DNA of 63,819 nt, the filler included, from Cercozoa sp. M6MM (Eukaryota > Protista > Endomyxa: Ascetosporea): NCBI GenBank assembly GCA_040357565.1. It is 3 parts of 3 records of this genome, joined end to end, with 100 filler letters (N's around TTAATTAATTAA, not from the genome) between each part and the next. Parts side by side here need not be neighbours in the genome. Positions count along the whole stretch, not along the records: positions 40,026 to 63,819 come from JBDODJ010000167.1; 2 more parts are not named here. One strand, given 5' to 3'. Shown one piece after another: positions 49,726-62,529 of the stretch. A program made the translations under genes and the position numbers. Each line of letters starts with the position of its first letter. The first letter of the stretch is position 1. The notes under the pieces were generated by a model. That model saw nothing but the letters and a program-made list of their open reading frames with translations. It was not told the origin of the DNA and ran no database searches.

Positions 49726-52700
49726 ATGTTGAGTCACGGACGGCGCTGCGGTGCCCGTTTGTTGTCGTCGACTGGCGATTCTGCGCGAATCGCGCAGTCG
49801 CTGGATGCGTTCGCTGCGGCGTCCTCAACCGACGACGGCTTTGGCGCCGCCGACACGCGTGCGCAGTTAGCGCGCGTGGCCAACGATGCGGCTATGCGTG
49901 AGAACGAACGCGCTCAGGTAATTGGCGTCGAGTTGGGCTCCTGTGATTGGCGATAGTTGCGTCACTTTGTTTGGGTTGTGGGGTTACTTTGGTCGAATCT
50001 GAGGGCAGGCCCAGCAGACGCAGAAACTGTTCGAGCGGCAGCGACAGTACGCGACGCAGTTTCCGCGTCGACAAACCGCTTTTGGCGTCAGGGACGAGCA
50101 TTACGACGAGTGGATCCAGGCCGACCACGAGGTCGACAAGACGGGCGTGCTGGTGGAGACACCGATGGACGGCGTCGCTGTCGCGTCGGGTGAGGCCAGT
50201 GCTGCCTCGCAAGACCAGCAGGAGAAGCCGCGTGTGCCGCAGTGGGCACTCTCGGTGGACGACGTGCTGCCCATGGTGAACCGCGCCGTGGCCGAGCGAG
50301 GACGTGAGATGGGCGTCGACCTCACCGACCCGAGTGCCGCGGTGAATGCCACCGATCCTAAGACGGCACCGCGTTTCAATCGCTCGGGCTACCCTGTGGT
50401 ATTGCTGACCTTTGTGCCTTGAATTACTATCCATTCTGCTTTGACTAACCTGCAGAGTGACGAGGACTCCTTCCGTGCCATGGTGCTCAGCAACGAGCAA
50501 AAGCAGCGCACGCTGTTCGATGCCATCGCGCACCCCGAGAACGTCATTGATCCGTATAACCTCTTTGCTTTTACCTCTTTACCCCTTACCCCTCTGTCTC
50601 CTGTGTGCAGAGCGCAAGAGCAGCAGCGACGCGCACACGACCGCGTGCAGTACGGCGACGCGGCGACCGTGTTCGACCGCGTGCACCTGGGCGACGTGCT
50701 GCACTCGCCAGCGGCGCGTGCGGTCGATTTGGACGCCTTCTTTGCCGAGGAGGAACCGACACTTGCCAACATGCACCGTTTGATCGCCTTGACGGCCCGT
50801 GCGCTGCCTGTCATGATGAAACGACGCCGCGAACGACTGCACGAGCTGCGTGCTGTTGCGGCTGCCTACCGCAGGTGTGTTCAACTTGCATGTTACTACA
50901 GGTCTTCATTATATCTCACTCTCTGCTCTGTATAGAAGTCACTACGTGGAGGACGGCAACACCGAGTTGGACAGTTTCGTTGCATCGCTCTTGCATCGAT
51001 TTGCAGGCGACGATGATGATGGTATCAATGCGCAGCCTTTCTCTTTACATTTCACTTTTGGATTGGATTAAACAGACGTCGATCAAGAGGAACTCGCCAT
51101 GGCACAGGAACACCTTGAAGCCGAGGTAAAAACCGCTTGCACAAAACTGAACAGGCAAAATACGGAAAAAACAAAAATTGAATAATGTCACAGGAGGACT
51201 ACGATCCGAATTACTCTAATCCGGCCTTTTGGAACACTATCGAAGGCGGTGAAGGCCGTGTGGACGAAATTATGCGGCAAAGACGGCTGTTGCAGGTTCC
51301 TTTTGTTATTGTATTCTGTGTTTCATTTTAAGGTGTAATTTGTTTTAAAAAGGATGCAATGGAGTTCGGCACGACTGAGGAAGAGCTTCGGATGCACACA
51401 CGCTCGATCGTAGTCTTTCTCGATGATGGGGTGATTTTATGCTGCATTGTCTGATTGTGCGCAGGAGGATGTCCTGATGGTGTTCCATGCCATGAGTTCG
51501 CGTTACGAGCTGCAGCCGACTCTGAACACATACTCGCTCGTTCTGGCGGCGTGTGCAGTGCAACGCGAGGCCGACCTGGCAACAGTACCTTCCTGTCCTA
51601 CTCTGTTTCTTTCAGTAGAGTTGACAGAAAACCCGAACGTAGGAAATTATGCGTGACATGGGTCACTGTGGACTCACGCCAACGCCTGAGCACTACCAGC
51701 TTCTAGTATTTCCCTGTTTTCTGTGTGTAAGGAAAACTAGTCACCGTCTTTCTAGGTTCTGGCGTGCGAGAACGAACCAGAGCGTGCACACAATTATGCC
51801 CGCACTCTGGTAGGCCTCATTGTGATATCCAAGAAGCTGAAAACAATTGTTTGTACAGGTGGCAAGTCGAGCAGACGCCGCAAAGGATCCTCATGTCTGG
51901 CATGGTAGGTTGATTTTCCTGTCTTTATCTTTTGTGGTTTGTAACTGAGTTTTTGCGCTGTTCAGCTGTGCTGCAAGCCTTTACACAGCGCGCCAAACGG
52001 CACCCGGTTCAGAGCACTGAGCGACTCGTGCTGTGTGACAAAGTATGGCTCATTTCAGATGTATTCTGTCTATCAATTATGTGTGTCACATTACTCCCGC
52101 GCAGATTCGCAAAATCTTCCGAGAAATGAAAGAAGCGGGCGCTGATGTGTCGGCAGAGTCCTACCACTATGCCATGCAGAGCCGGTGATTGCTTTACTTT
52201 TTGTCCTTTTCTTTTTTGTATTTTCGGCGTTTTTGCAGTGCGCTGGAGCGGAATCCGGCTGGTGTGCAGTCGCTTATGGACGAGATGCGAACCACGAAAC
52301 AGGTAGCTCAAAGTGCTCGCCCGACACTTCACACATTAGGATGTCTTGGTGCCAGGGCGGTGTTATGGTGCCCGATCGGCAATGTTTCGAAACATTGATT
52401 GCGGCCTGTGCTGTCGCTGATCGCTGGGACACGCCGATGGATAAGGTAGATTTTTGCAAAATGGAAATATACTAGATGAAGTGGTTTGACAAAATGCTGT
52501 GTTCTTAGGCCTGGCTGGCGTTCGATCAGATGACAGCGACAGGCCATGTGCCTAGTGGACTCGCCTGTGGGCACTTGCTCTCGGTCACTCTGCGGATCGG
52601 TGGCTGGCGTTTCTTCCTGGAGGTAGTTTTTTCCAAGTGCAGGAGAAACGCACACGAAATGAGGGTCACTGTGACAGGCGATGGACGTGATGCGGGAGAG

Positions 52701-54710
52701 TGGCTACGCCGCGCGCTGCTTCGACGCCGACACGTACGCCGAGGTGCTGCGTGCCATGCGCGACGAACTGCGACGCAGCGTGCGTTTCGCTTTGATCACT
52801 CTGAGTGACCACTTGTGATCGTTGTTAGTCACTTTTGATCTCTGTTGGTCATTTGTTTTTTCTTTTGATCGATTATTCGGCACCTGTAGCCGCCCGTGGT
52901 CGATCCGTTCGGCGAGTGGCGCGAGCGACTGCTCGAGACGATCGAGGAGCGGCATGAGCGTGCTGCTGGTGCACTTGCTTTGTCCATTTGTACCGTACAC
53001 TTGTACATTGTTCCAACTTCTTTTGGGTAGGCGGCACGGCACAATCCGCCCTGCTTAGCAAGATGAAGCAGGCTGCTGAGGTATCTGACTCGTCATCTAT
53101 GTTACCCTCATCTTTACCCCCCCCCCCTCCGTGTGCAGGAGCAAAAGGCAGCACAGGACGCGATCGAAATGACGCCGCGGCAGGCGCAGCAGTACCGTCA
53201 CGCGCGCGCACTGCTGACGCGCAAAGACCGTCTCCACATGGCCGAACAATGGTATTTCGCTTTTGTTTCTGCTTAGACTTTGGCAGTGTGCACACATGTG
53301 CTTGCAGGCTGCAAGAGGCCGTGGACCGTAATTTAGTGTCCGAAAAGGCTCCGGTGTTCCTTCTTAAGAGTTATCAAGGTATGCTCGGAATTGTAGCCAT
53401 TTGTAGCCAGTTTCTTTTTTTTTTTTGCTTTTGTTTTTTGGCGTGTTTGGGGAGGTTTGGAGACATTTACTGTGCATTTTGGGACAGCTGCCGATGATAT
53501 TGAGGGCGTAATCGACGCTTGGCAGCGTTTGCCGTTATTGCTGAATCGCGAGCACTCGCTGCAGGAGCACTTCGTGATGGCGAGCACACTGTACAACGAT
53601 TGTTGCGTTTGTGGGGGGGGGGGGGGGGTTCTTGTAAGTTTGAGTTTCGGAACAGGTGCGAAATGCATCAATTCGCCGATGCGCGCGCCGTGTTGGCGGA
53701 AGCGATGACGAAGCACGGCAATGTGCGCAACAGAGCGCGCTTTGCGCGTGTGGTACACAGCACACAAGTCCATTTGTACACATGTGTGTCCAGGTGGGGC
53801 TACTGTCCGTACTACGTGTCCGTGTGTGTGTGTGTCTGTACAGTACCGTCCACAGTACGATGCGATGATGCGTCAGGCGGCGCTGGCGTTCGATCGTGAC
53901 ACGTTCGAGTGGCTCTGGGAGCAGCGGCAGTTCGCGTTCGGCCGTGTGCGTGAGTTCTCGGTCGAGGACGACGCCGTCAGGAGACGCAACGAGTACCTCC
54001 TGTCCTGAACAACCTTGTTACCGTTACTACCTTGAATTTGTGTCTGTGTGTTTTCGCAGTGTGAAACGCGAGAAGCGTGACCGGCGACCAGCGGCGCTGC
54101 TGGACGTGACGGCACTTCCGGAGCCGCTGCAGGTATGTGCACGTGTGTGCGATGGTTTCTGACTGAGGAATTACCACTGATCGATCAAATCGAATGAGAC
54201 TGACGGTGTGTGTGGTACAGATGCAGTACTCGGCACTCATTGGTACACCGGCCGAGAACTGGAACGCGCGACAGCAGCAGCAACGCGCTCGTGTCAGGTA
54301 GACTTCCCTGAACATATTGTCTCCCTTCACCATGTCTGTTAACCCATTGTCCCCCTTAATCACTGTCTCCCCTTAACACATTTCAGACTCGCCAAGCACT
54401 CGGCGTGGCAACTCAAGAGCGAATCAAATCCGTACTTGCGGGTAGCCTACCTGTATACCCTCTACCCTGTAAAGACTTTCTTAACTGCTATGTACCATTG
54501 CAGGTACACCATGACGTCATGCAGTCGTGGAAGCAGTCGCGCGACCGCAACCGCATGGAGGCGGCGCCCGTGTCTTTCAAGAAGGACGGCGTCGAAACCA
54601 ACACGCTGCGCATGCGCAAGCAGGCCAAGTACAACGAGCGCACGCGGCAGCCCTTCTGGGGCTCGCGCGAGAAGCAGTACCGCCGTCTGCGCGGCAATCA
54701 GTACCAGTAG
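49726..54710 (+). CDS. Pentatricopeptide-repeat protein, probably mitochondrial
   Basis: Arg/Ser-rich presequence MLSHGRRCGARLLSS; PPR-like units VFHAMSSRYELQPTLNTYSLVLAAC, IFREMKEAGADVSAESYHYAM, VPDRQCFETLIAAC, AFDQMTATGHVP, FDADTYAEVLRA; many short introns. Confidence 0.78.
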
Positions 54711-54886
54711 ACTGCCAATGCGTCAGCTTATTGCATCCTTATTCGTTTATTTATCGTCCAGTATCGCACTATCCCAATTATTAAACCCAAGCTTGGCTAA
54801 CTTGGCTGAAGTTGCGCTGCGCTGAACGGACCCCGTCAACAAACGAAAGAACCTCACTACGCTACCAGTAATTAACGAGCGACCGT

Positions 54887-56527
54887 CTACATACGCGTTT
54901 GATCAGCGCAGTCAAGCGGCGGCAGCGAGCTCAAGAAGGCGTCGGCGACGCGCGCATCGTGCGCAAACACCGCCGATCTAACGCCTAACCACAAGAATAT
55001 ACGACAGAGACAACTTAAATACATATGTACAGTATATATATATACCGATCTTGCGAAGGCTCTTGGCTTCAAGTTGCAGGCGTTTTTTGGCGTCCGGCAA
55101 GAACTCGGTGGCGTCCGACGTGTTGCGCAGCGGGTCGCTCTTCAGCGTGTGCGTGTAGATGCGAAACACAATGCCGTCGATGGGACCCAGTGTGCCGCGA
55201 AGCATTGCGAGTTCGGCACTGCAGGCGTCGTGGAAGAACACGACGAATCGTTTCTCGTGCTGCGTGACGCTGTCGACGGGACCGCACGTGGTCTCCAGCA
55301 CTCGTTCTACTGCCGTCTTTGACGTGTCCTTGTCTGCGTCGCGCTCTGAAAGCCAAAGCAGCAAAGCAATGAAATTTCACGTGACTCGAGTGCAGCTATG
55401 CGCGACAAAAAAAAACGTACTTCTCGGAACGAGGAGAATGCCGCGTGGTCGGCGCCATTCCGGCTAAGCACGCGGTTGCTGGTTACCGTCGGTCCCAAGG
55501 CAACAAGCAAAAGTACCGTGGAGCGTCGAACACTTTCGTTCGCGACGTCGGCACTTGAGGAACCAGGTCCAACACTGCACCATCAATCTTCATCTCAACT
55601 CAACCCAACTCAACGCAACTCAACGCAACTCAACGCAACTCAACTCAACTCAACCCAACTCATCGCAACTAAAAAAAGCGTACACTGGGGCTGCCCAGTT
55701 GAGATCGAGTGCTCGGCCGTCCAGGTGGAGTGGCCGCTTCTTCTTGGCATGAGCCATCGCTCTTCGAACCGACAAAGGCTCGGCGTATTCGATGAAAGCA
55801 AAACCGCGGTCTGAGCAAAGCGAGAAACACAGGAAACAAAGCTCGTCACTTCAACAGCGAAAGCAGGAGGTTTCGCGGTACTTTCGCCGGTGTTTCGGTC
55901 CTTCTTGAGCAGCACGGACGCGATTTCGCCGAACTGCTGCATGAGACGGCGAAGCGCTTCCTCTTCGGCACGACGTGGCAAGGCGCCGATGAAGAGTCGC
56001 GTCGGCTGAGCGTTACCGGGCGGTCGGGGCAGAGGATCGCCGTCGGCGTCGCATTCGTTCGGGGCCACAATGTCACCTGCCCCAACAGAGTTGTCTCAAC
56101 ACACAGCATACCAAGGAAAGCGAAGTGAGACGCACTGAAGTCCTTGTGCTCCTGGTGCAGCAACTCTCCAAAGCTGCCGACATGCACAGGCACGCCTGCA
56201 ACCACGTGCGCGCATCGCAGCGCCGCATCTCGCGCTGCTTGCGTCTGAAAAACCACTACGCCGCCGTTTCCTTCAAGTTTCGACACATTTCACATTTAAG
56301 CAGCCAAGACACTGTCAAACAAAGCACGTACCTGTGCTTGAAGCCTTTATCTGCTTCGTAAACGCGTACTCGACCTCGCCAAATCTCGAAAAGCGACGGG
56401 CAAGCGTTGTGGCGTCCATATCACGCGGCACCGGCAGCACTTCGAGTCGCCGCTCGTCCGCGCTGACTACATCCTCCTCAATGTCGTCTCGAACATCCGA
56501 AATTGCACCTCTAATGCCGCCAAACAT
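54887..56527 (-). CDS. Multi-RRM RNA-binding protein
   Basis: Canonical RRM: RLFIGALP...FGEIASVLLKKDRNTGEN-RGFAFIEY...LDGRALDLNWA; two further degenerate RRM-like segments. Confidence 0.82.
55594..55661. repeat. (CAACN)n pentanucleotide repeat, intronic
   Basis: CAACT/CAACG/CAACC units. Confidence 0.9.
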
Positions 56528-56710
56528 TAGGATCCAAGAAATACTATATGACTTAGTGCACTCTTCTAGTGTTTAGCCTCATTTTTTCTGTTGGCTCAAG
56601 TCAAGTCTGGAATGAGCCCATAATTGCGAACTGCAAGCACGTAGAAATACAACGCCACGCACCGCGCAGACGTGTGTTCATACCTTTGACAGTAGCTGGT
56701 GTGCGCAAAT

Positions 56711-58190
56711 ATGTGGCGCTCTACCCGCAGACTGATCATTGTGCGCGCGGGACAGATTCGCCGTCTCGCGGCCGATCGTGCCTTCTGGGACCGCGTGCGC
56801 CTCGTTTGTCGCGGTGGCGACGGTGGCAAAGGCAACTACGCTTTCAAGGTGCGTGCATTCCTGTGTCCTACGTTTTCTGTGTGGGGTGATTTCGACCGCG
56901 GGACGTGTGTTGTTGCAATCAGAGTGCGCGCGGTCTCAAGCGGCGCATTGCCGACGGTGGTGACGGTGGTGACGGTGGCAACGTGATCGTGCGTGCCACA
57001 TCGCACAATGAGTCGCTGCGTTTCTCGAAGTTTCACTACCGCGCGGATAAGGGCAAGGACGGTCGCAACAGCACGCGTACCGGTGGCAGAGGTGACAGTG
57101 TGGTCATCACGGTGCCTCCCGGTACTCTCGTGAAGGAGGTACTTTTCACTGTTCATCTGTCGTGTCTCTTTGTTACTTTGTTTTCGTTTCCTGTCAGATC
57201 TTTCCGCGCGACAAGAGTGATGAGAGCTTCCACCTGCGCGAGGCGGTTATTGCCGATCTCAATGTACGGCATATCGTAGTACCTAGGACGGGGGAGGGGG
57301 TAGATAGCAAGATGGATGTGTTCTGTAGGAGCCAGGCGCGGAAGTGGTGGTGGCCAGAGGTGGCGTCGGTGGTCGTGGCAACACGGAGATGACAACGACG
57401 CAGCTGTCGATGCTGCGACAGGCACATGGACACTCGCACTACGGCCCAGGTGCACCAGGCGAGCAGATCATGGTCGAGCTCGAGCTCAAGAGCATCGCCG
57501 ACGTCGGTCTCGTCGGCTTCCCCAATGCCGGCAAATCGACGCTGCTGGGTGCATTGTCCAAGGCGCGTCCTCGCGTGGCGCCCTTCCCTTTCACGACGCT
57601 GCATCCGAGTGTCGGCATTGTCGAGTCCGACACCTTGCTGGAGGAGCTGCGACAGGACGGCATGCACTGCGACACCGACGAGGAGCAGCAGGAGGACGAT
57701 GAGGAACTCGACATGGACAAGGACGAAAAGTTCAGTATCGCCGACATTCCCGGACTCATCGACGGCGCACACGAGGGCCGCGGTCTCGGACACGAGTTCC
57801 TGAGACACGTGGAGCGTACCAAGGTACCCTTTGTCTCCTCCTTCGTCGTTTAGTTTGCCTATCTTCCGCGCGGCCACTTAGGTGCTCCTGTATGTACTGG
57901 ACATGGCCGGTACTGATGGACGCGATCCGTTGGACGACTTTTTGACTCTGCGCGATGAGTTGCGCCGATACTCTGCGTCGTTGGCCGAGTACACTGCCCT
58001 TTTGCCTGTGTATTGGACAAGGAATCTTACTGTGATGGGTTGCAGTCGACCGGCGTTGATCTTTGCGAACAAGATGGACGGCGAGCAAGACCTCGCGTCT
58101 GCCGAAACAAGTCAGCGCAATCTCGAGCGACTGCAGCAACTACTGGAGGAACGCAACGAGAGTGAGACTTGGTACACTAGAATTATTCAC

Positions 58191-58222
<32 letters not shown>

Positions 58223-59951
58223 TTGTGTGTGTGTGTGTGTGTTGTTTGTATATGCTAATGTTTACGTATATATCCATATGCCGAATGAATGTACATGTAT
58301 ATGCATATGTATATGTCGGTATCCGGGGATATAGATATGAGTATGCTTGTATGTATATATATATGCAGCTATAAAATAAATGTAGGCGTGTCGTGGCCGG
58401 TACGGCACGTGCAGGTCGTTCGGAGTGCGGCGACATTGTGGCGCAGCTGCACGACATGGTGCGACAGGCGCACGTGCCGGTGCCTGACTGGCAGATCACC
58501 GGCGCCAAAGAACTCAAGAAGCTGCGCCGTGTGGCTCAGAAACGCGCCAATCGTTCCGCTGCCGAGGCTGCCGAAACAGAGGACGAATTTGTATCACATC
58601 TTTTTCTGCACTGTGCAGTCCGTGCGATGATTTTGATGATCAAACAGGAGAGCGACGAGACTCGCAAGCAGCGTCGTGCCCGTATGTCACCGCAGATGCG
58701 CATGCTGGACGAAGCACTCACGCAGCGGCCAATCGACAAACAGTACGCCGAGCAGGCCATCCAGGACGCCATGGTCAAACAGGTAGTCCCTGTACTTACC
58801 TCTAGTTCCCCTTCTGTATGCTTTCGATTCTGCAGGCTGAGGAGTCCAAGGAACTTGCCAGGGACATGGTCGAACAGGCGTATCTCTACATCTCTTGTAT
58901 AACTGGTGTGTATCAATTGGTGCGTCTATGTTATGTGTGTGTCTGTGTAAAGTGCCGCCAAGCAGGTAACTCGGGCTCGCCGCGAGATCTACGCCGAGCA
59001 GCTGCAGCCGAGCACCACTGCGAATCCGTTCAACGAGACCGACGACGACGAGTTCGACTTTGTCGATGCTGAGAGTATGGACACGAAGCTGCATACGCTG
59101 GATGCCATGCGCGCCGACGTGCACGCGGAGGCACGTCGGCTGCAGGGCCAGAGTGACGACGACACTGTTGCCGTAACTTTTACGCACTTCAACATGCACT
59201 ATGAGCGATTCACCCTTGTCCCCCTGTCTTGTTGTATTTGTGCAGGCCGAAGAACTGCCGCAGATGCTGTCGACCTCGGAAACCAAGCTGCTGCTGGAGC
59301 GCTTCGTGCAGAAGTCGCGTCTCGTGCTGTCCACTTGTCAGGAACGCAACATCGACCCAGCCATGCTGCGACAGAAACCAGAACTACTCGGAAATTTCGT
59401 TCGCGCCGAGCTGGCCGAATTGCAGCAACTGCGGTAGGCGTGGTGTCTGTGTCTGTGTCTGTGTGTGTACTCTACCGCATTGGATAGACGACTGCTGGCA
59501 CACGCGCCAATGGTCGATCTGGACAAACTGCTCATGAACGAGGTTCAACTCCGCGACGCCAATCGCACTGCTGTACTTTATTTTATCGTATATGAGGGAT
59601 GTTTAAAGTATATTCTGTATACATATGTATGCTCAGACACGACGACGTACGCGAAGAGCGACACGACAGCGCGGTCGCCGCGGCCAGTTGCGTCTTGACA
59701 CGCCGGCACCCACGTGGGACAAGGCCTACTTCGGTGCCGTGTCGCCCGAGAGTATCGAGATCGCGCACGACTCCATGCTCAGCTCGCACCGCGCTCAGCA
59801 GGAGCGACAACGCACTGTCACGCAAAGAGCCAAGGCAAAGCGACGCCGTCTGCGCGGAGGTGTCTTCCTGTCGCCCACGACGCCACTGTCGGAGCGACAA
59901 CGCGTGCAATCGCAAAACAATGCCGCTGTTGAAGACATGTCGCCCATGTAA
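56711..59951 (+). CDS. Mitochondrial Obg-family GTPase (ObgE/MTG2-like) with long C-terminal extension
   Basis: Presequence; Gly-rich GGDGGKG and DGGDGGDGG; G1 [10 protein letters not shown]2 PFTTLHP, G3 [27 protein letters not shown]4 NKMD. Confidence 0.9.
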
Positions 59952-60132
59952 TTTTGTGTTTTGCTAAAAACTGAAGCACTGCATACGATACGTAAACTTG
60001 TCGTTGATTAAGTTGAGTAAATAGCTAGTTCAGTCTCCTCGGAAACGAAGCCAACTATGTAGTAATTCCCGCAGCCATCTCTCGGAAGGACGGATCCCGC
60101 GCTTTCTAGACCGATCTATTGAGATGAGTTTA

Positions 60133-61490
60133 CTAGTACATAAACAGTGGGTGGCGCGTCATTACTTCCGGGAAGAAGGGGTGTCGACGCGCGCGCATTC
60201 TCTGCTGACGGCGGAACGGCACAATGACGCTCAGCACCTGCGAGGTATCGTCGTACTGAGTGCGTGCTTGCTCGAGGTCACAGTGGGGCGGCAGTTCCAC
60301 GAGTCGGCGCCATCCAGGGGCGTCAAGCACGAGGCCTCGCGGGTGTGCTGATAACTCGAGCTGCGACAGGAAGGCTCGCGAACCTTGTGTGTGCACCACG
60401 ACGCCGTCGGCGAGTTTTTCGAGCTGCACACGCGGCTGCTGTCGCCGCTGCTGTCGCTGTCGCTGCTGCTGTTGGTTCTGCTGTCGCTGCGTGCGACGTT
60501 GCTCAGCCTGCTTTCGTCGCAACTCCGCCTCGGCCAGTCGCTGTGCTTCCAGTCGCTTGGCCTCCAGTCGCTTGGCTTCCAGTCGCTTGGCTTCCAGCTC
60601 GCGCTGACGCTGCTGCTCGGCCTCGATGGCGCGCAGTCGCTGCAGTTCGAGCTGACGCTGTCGCTGCTGCTGCTGTTCGAGTTGGCGCTGCTGTTCGAGT
60701 TGGCGCTGCTGGTAGCGCTGCTGTTCGAGCTGGCGCTGTCGGAGCAAAACCTGGCGCTGCTTGCGCTGCTGCTCGACTCGCTCGAGTTGCCGACGACGCT
60801 GCTCTTCGAGTTGGCGCTGCTGTCGGAGCTTGGCTTCTTCGCGGCGCTGCTGCTCGAGTTCGCGTTGTTTCTGCTCAAGTTCGCGTTGCTTTTGCTCGAG
60901 TTGGCGCTGTTTCTGCTTGAGTTCGCGCTTGCGCTTTTCGACCTCGAATCGCTTGGCGGCGGATCGCTTTTTCTGCTTGGACTCTTCTAGCTTCCTGCGA
61001 GCAGCACAAGCAACATGTCAAAATACTGCAGATATACTTAAACGTCAGGAGGGTACCTCATAAATTCAGCTGGGTCCTCAGAGATTGGCAGAAACAGAAC
61101 GTTTGAATTTGGCAGCGTCTTTTTCTCAAAGTGCGCCGGCTTGGAGCCCTGCAGAACAAAGGAGTGATAATGAGACAACATGGACGACAGTTAGGACAAA
61201 GGTAATACCTTGGCAGGAATGAATTCGTAGCTTTCGGGGTGCAAGCGAGCCTGTCGCGCAGCTTCCGAGCGGATCTCGCGCTCAGTGACGTCCTGAAGTA
61301 AAAACACGAAAATCACACACTGAACAAAATGGGACTACGTGGTCTGTGGTACCTTGATGACCACCTTTGGCATGGGCTGCTCACGTCGGCGTGGAATCTC
61401 GTTTTGGGCTTGCAGTCGCATCATGAGTTCTTCGCGTTGCTCAATTGGGAGGGAGTCGATAAGTTCTTCGACGCAGTCGACACTCACCAT
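60133..61490 (-). CDS. Coiled-coil (Q/R/E-rich) protein with C-terminal HSP20/alpha-crystallin-like domain
   Basis: Long QQRQLE/EAKRL repeats, then WRRLVELPPHCDLEQARTQYDDTSQVLSVIVP, like sHSP F.R...LP..D...A.Y..GVL.V..P; three introns upstream. Confidence 0.65.
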
Positions 61491-61601
61491 CGGAAAAGTG
61501 TCTTTGTGATTGTTGCTGGAGTGCTAAAACGCTTAGTCAAGCGCACAGGTCAGAAGTCTTTTCAAAAAATGTGTGAAACAAACAAGCTGTGATGTGGGAC
61601 G

Positions 61602-61676
61602 TTCCCCAGAACACCGAAGCTTCCGCTTCGTTTGGATTGAAACCGAACTTTCATTTTCTGGGCATCCGAAGCTTCC
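61602..61676. promoter_or_regulatory. Candidate heat-shock elements (nGAAnnTTCn) in a divergent promoter
   Basis: GAAGCTTC 61616-61623, GAACTTTC 61645-61652, GAAGCTTC 61668-61675, upstream of the HSP20-like gene. Confidence 0.5.
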
Positions 61677-61875
61677 AACCAAGGTAGAGGTTCTGACGCA
61701 TGCCCTTACACAGCTGACGGTAGTAGGTCACGATCGAACACATGCACATGACGCGATCATGCACCTGGAGAATTAGTTTAAAGTTTGCTGCCGGAGCGCC
61801 GACTACCGAAACACGCCCCAACCGACGCCCACCAAGGGACTAAGTGTTGCTGCCGGTGGTCTAGACACAGTCACA

Positions 61876-62407
61876 ATGAACGTAAGCTCTGCTCTTTGGG
61901 ACGCGAGGCTGTTTTGTTTTTGTTCTTTTTGGTTTTTTCTAGGTTACAATATTCGTCTTTTTCACACGGATTTTCCTGCTTTGGTAGTTCACGAACCCGA
62001 AGCCGTTCCTCAAGGAGCTGATCGACAAGCCCGTGATCGTTAAGCTTAAGTGGGGCACCGAGTACCGCGGCTTCCTGTCGTCCACGGATGCCTACATGGT
62101 ATCTATCACCTTCCCTTTGACTTCTTTACTGCTGCTCATTACGTGCGTGTGTAATATGTTCCGTAGAACGTGCAGATGAAGGAGTCAGAGGAGTGGCAGG
62201 GCGGAAACTTTGCTGGTGCTCTCGGTGACATCGTCATTCGGTATCAGCTTGCTTTTTTTTTCTGTGTACTTACGCGTTCTATCTATCATGTTGTGCGATT
62301 CCGTGCTGCACAGGTGCAACAACATCCTGTACATCCGGCCTGTTCCGGTGGATCAGCTTGCCGGTCAGAAGAAGGAGGGCAGCGAAGAAGAAGAGATGCA
62401 AGACTAA
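61876..62407 (+). CDS. SNRPF: Small nuclear ribonucleoprotein SmF
   Basis: Spliced: [45 protein letters not shown]...[15 protein letters not shown]; three introns. Confidence 0.95.
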
Positions 62408-62529
62408 GCGAGTTAGTTAGTTAGTTTAGTCTTCTAAGAACGTTGAAGTTTGGCGACACGAAGCCGTCAAACGTGCGTCATTGGGGTGCGATGTCGTAGC
62501 GTAGGTAAATTGTCAGTTGAGTTACCAGC

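Noticed and set aside
60231-61063. Long Leu-rich and Ala-rich antisense or alternate-frame ORFs
   Set aside because: Shadows of the repetitive coiled-coil coding sequence.
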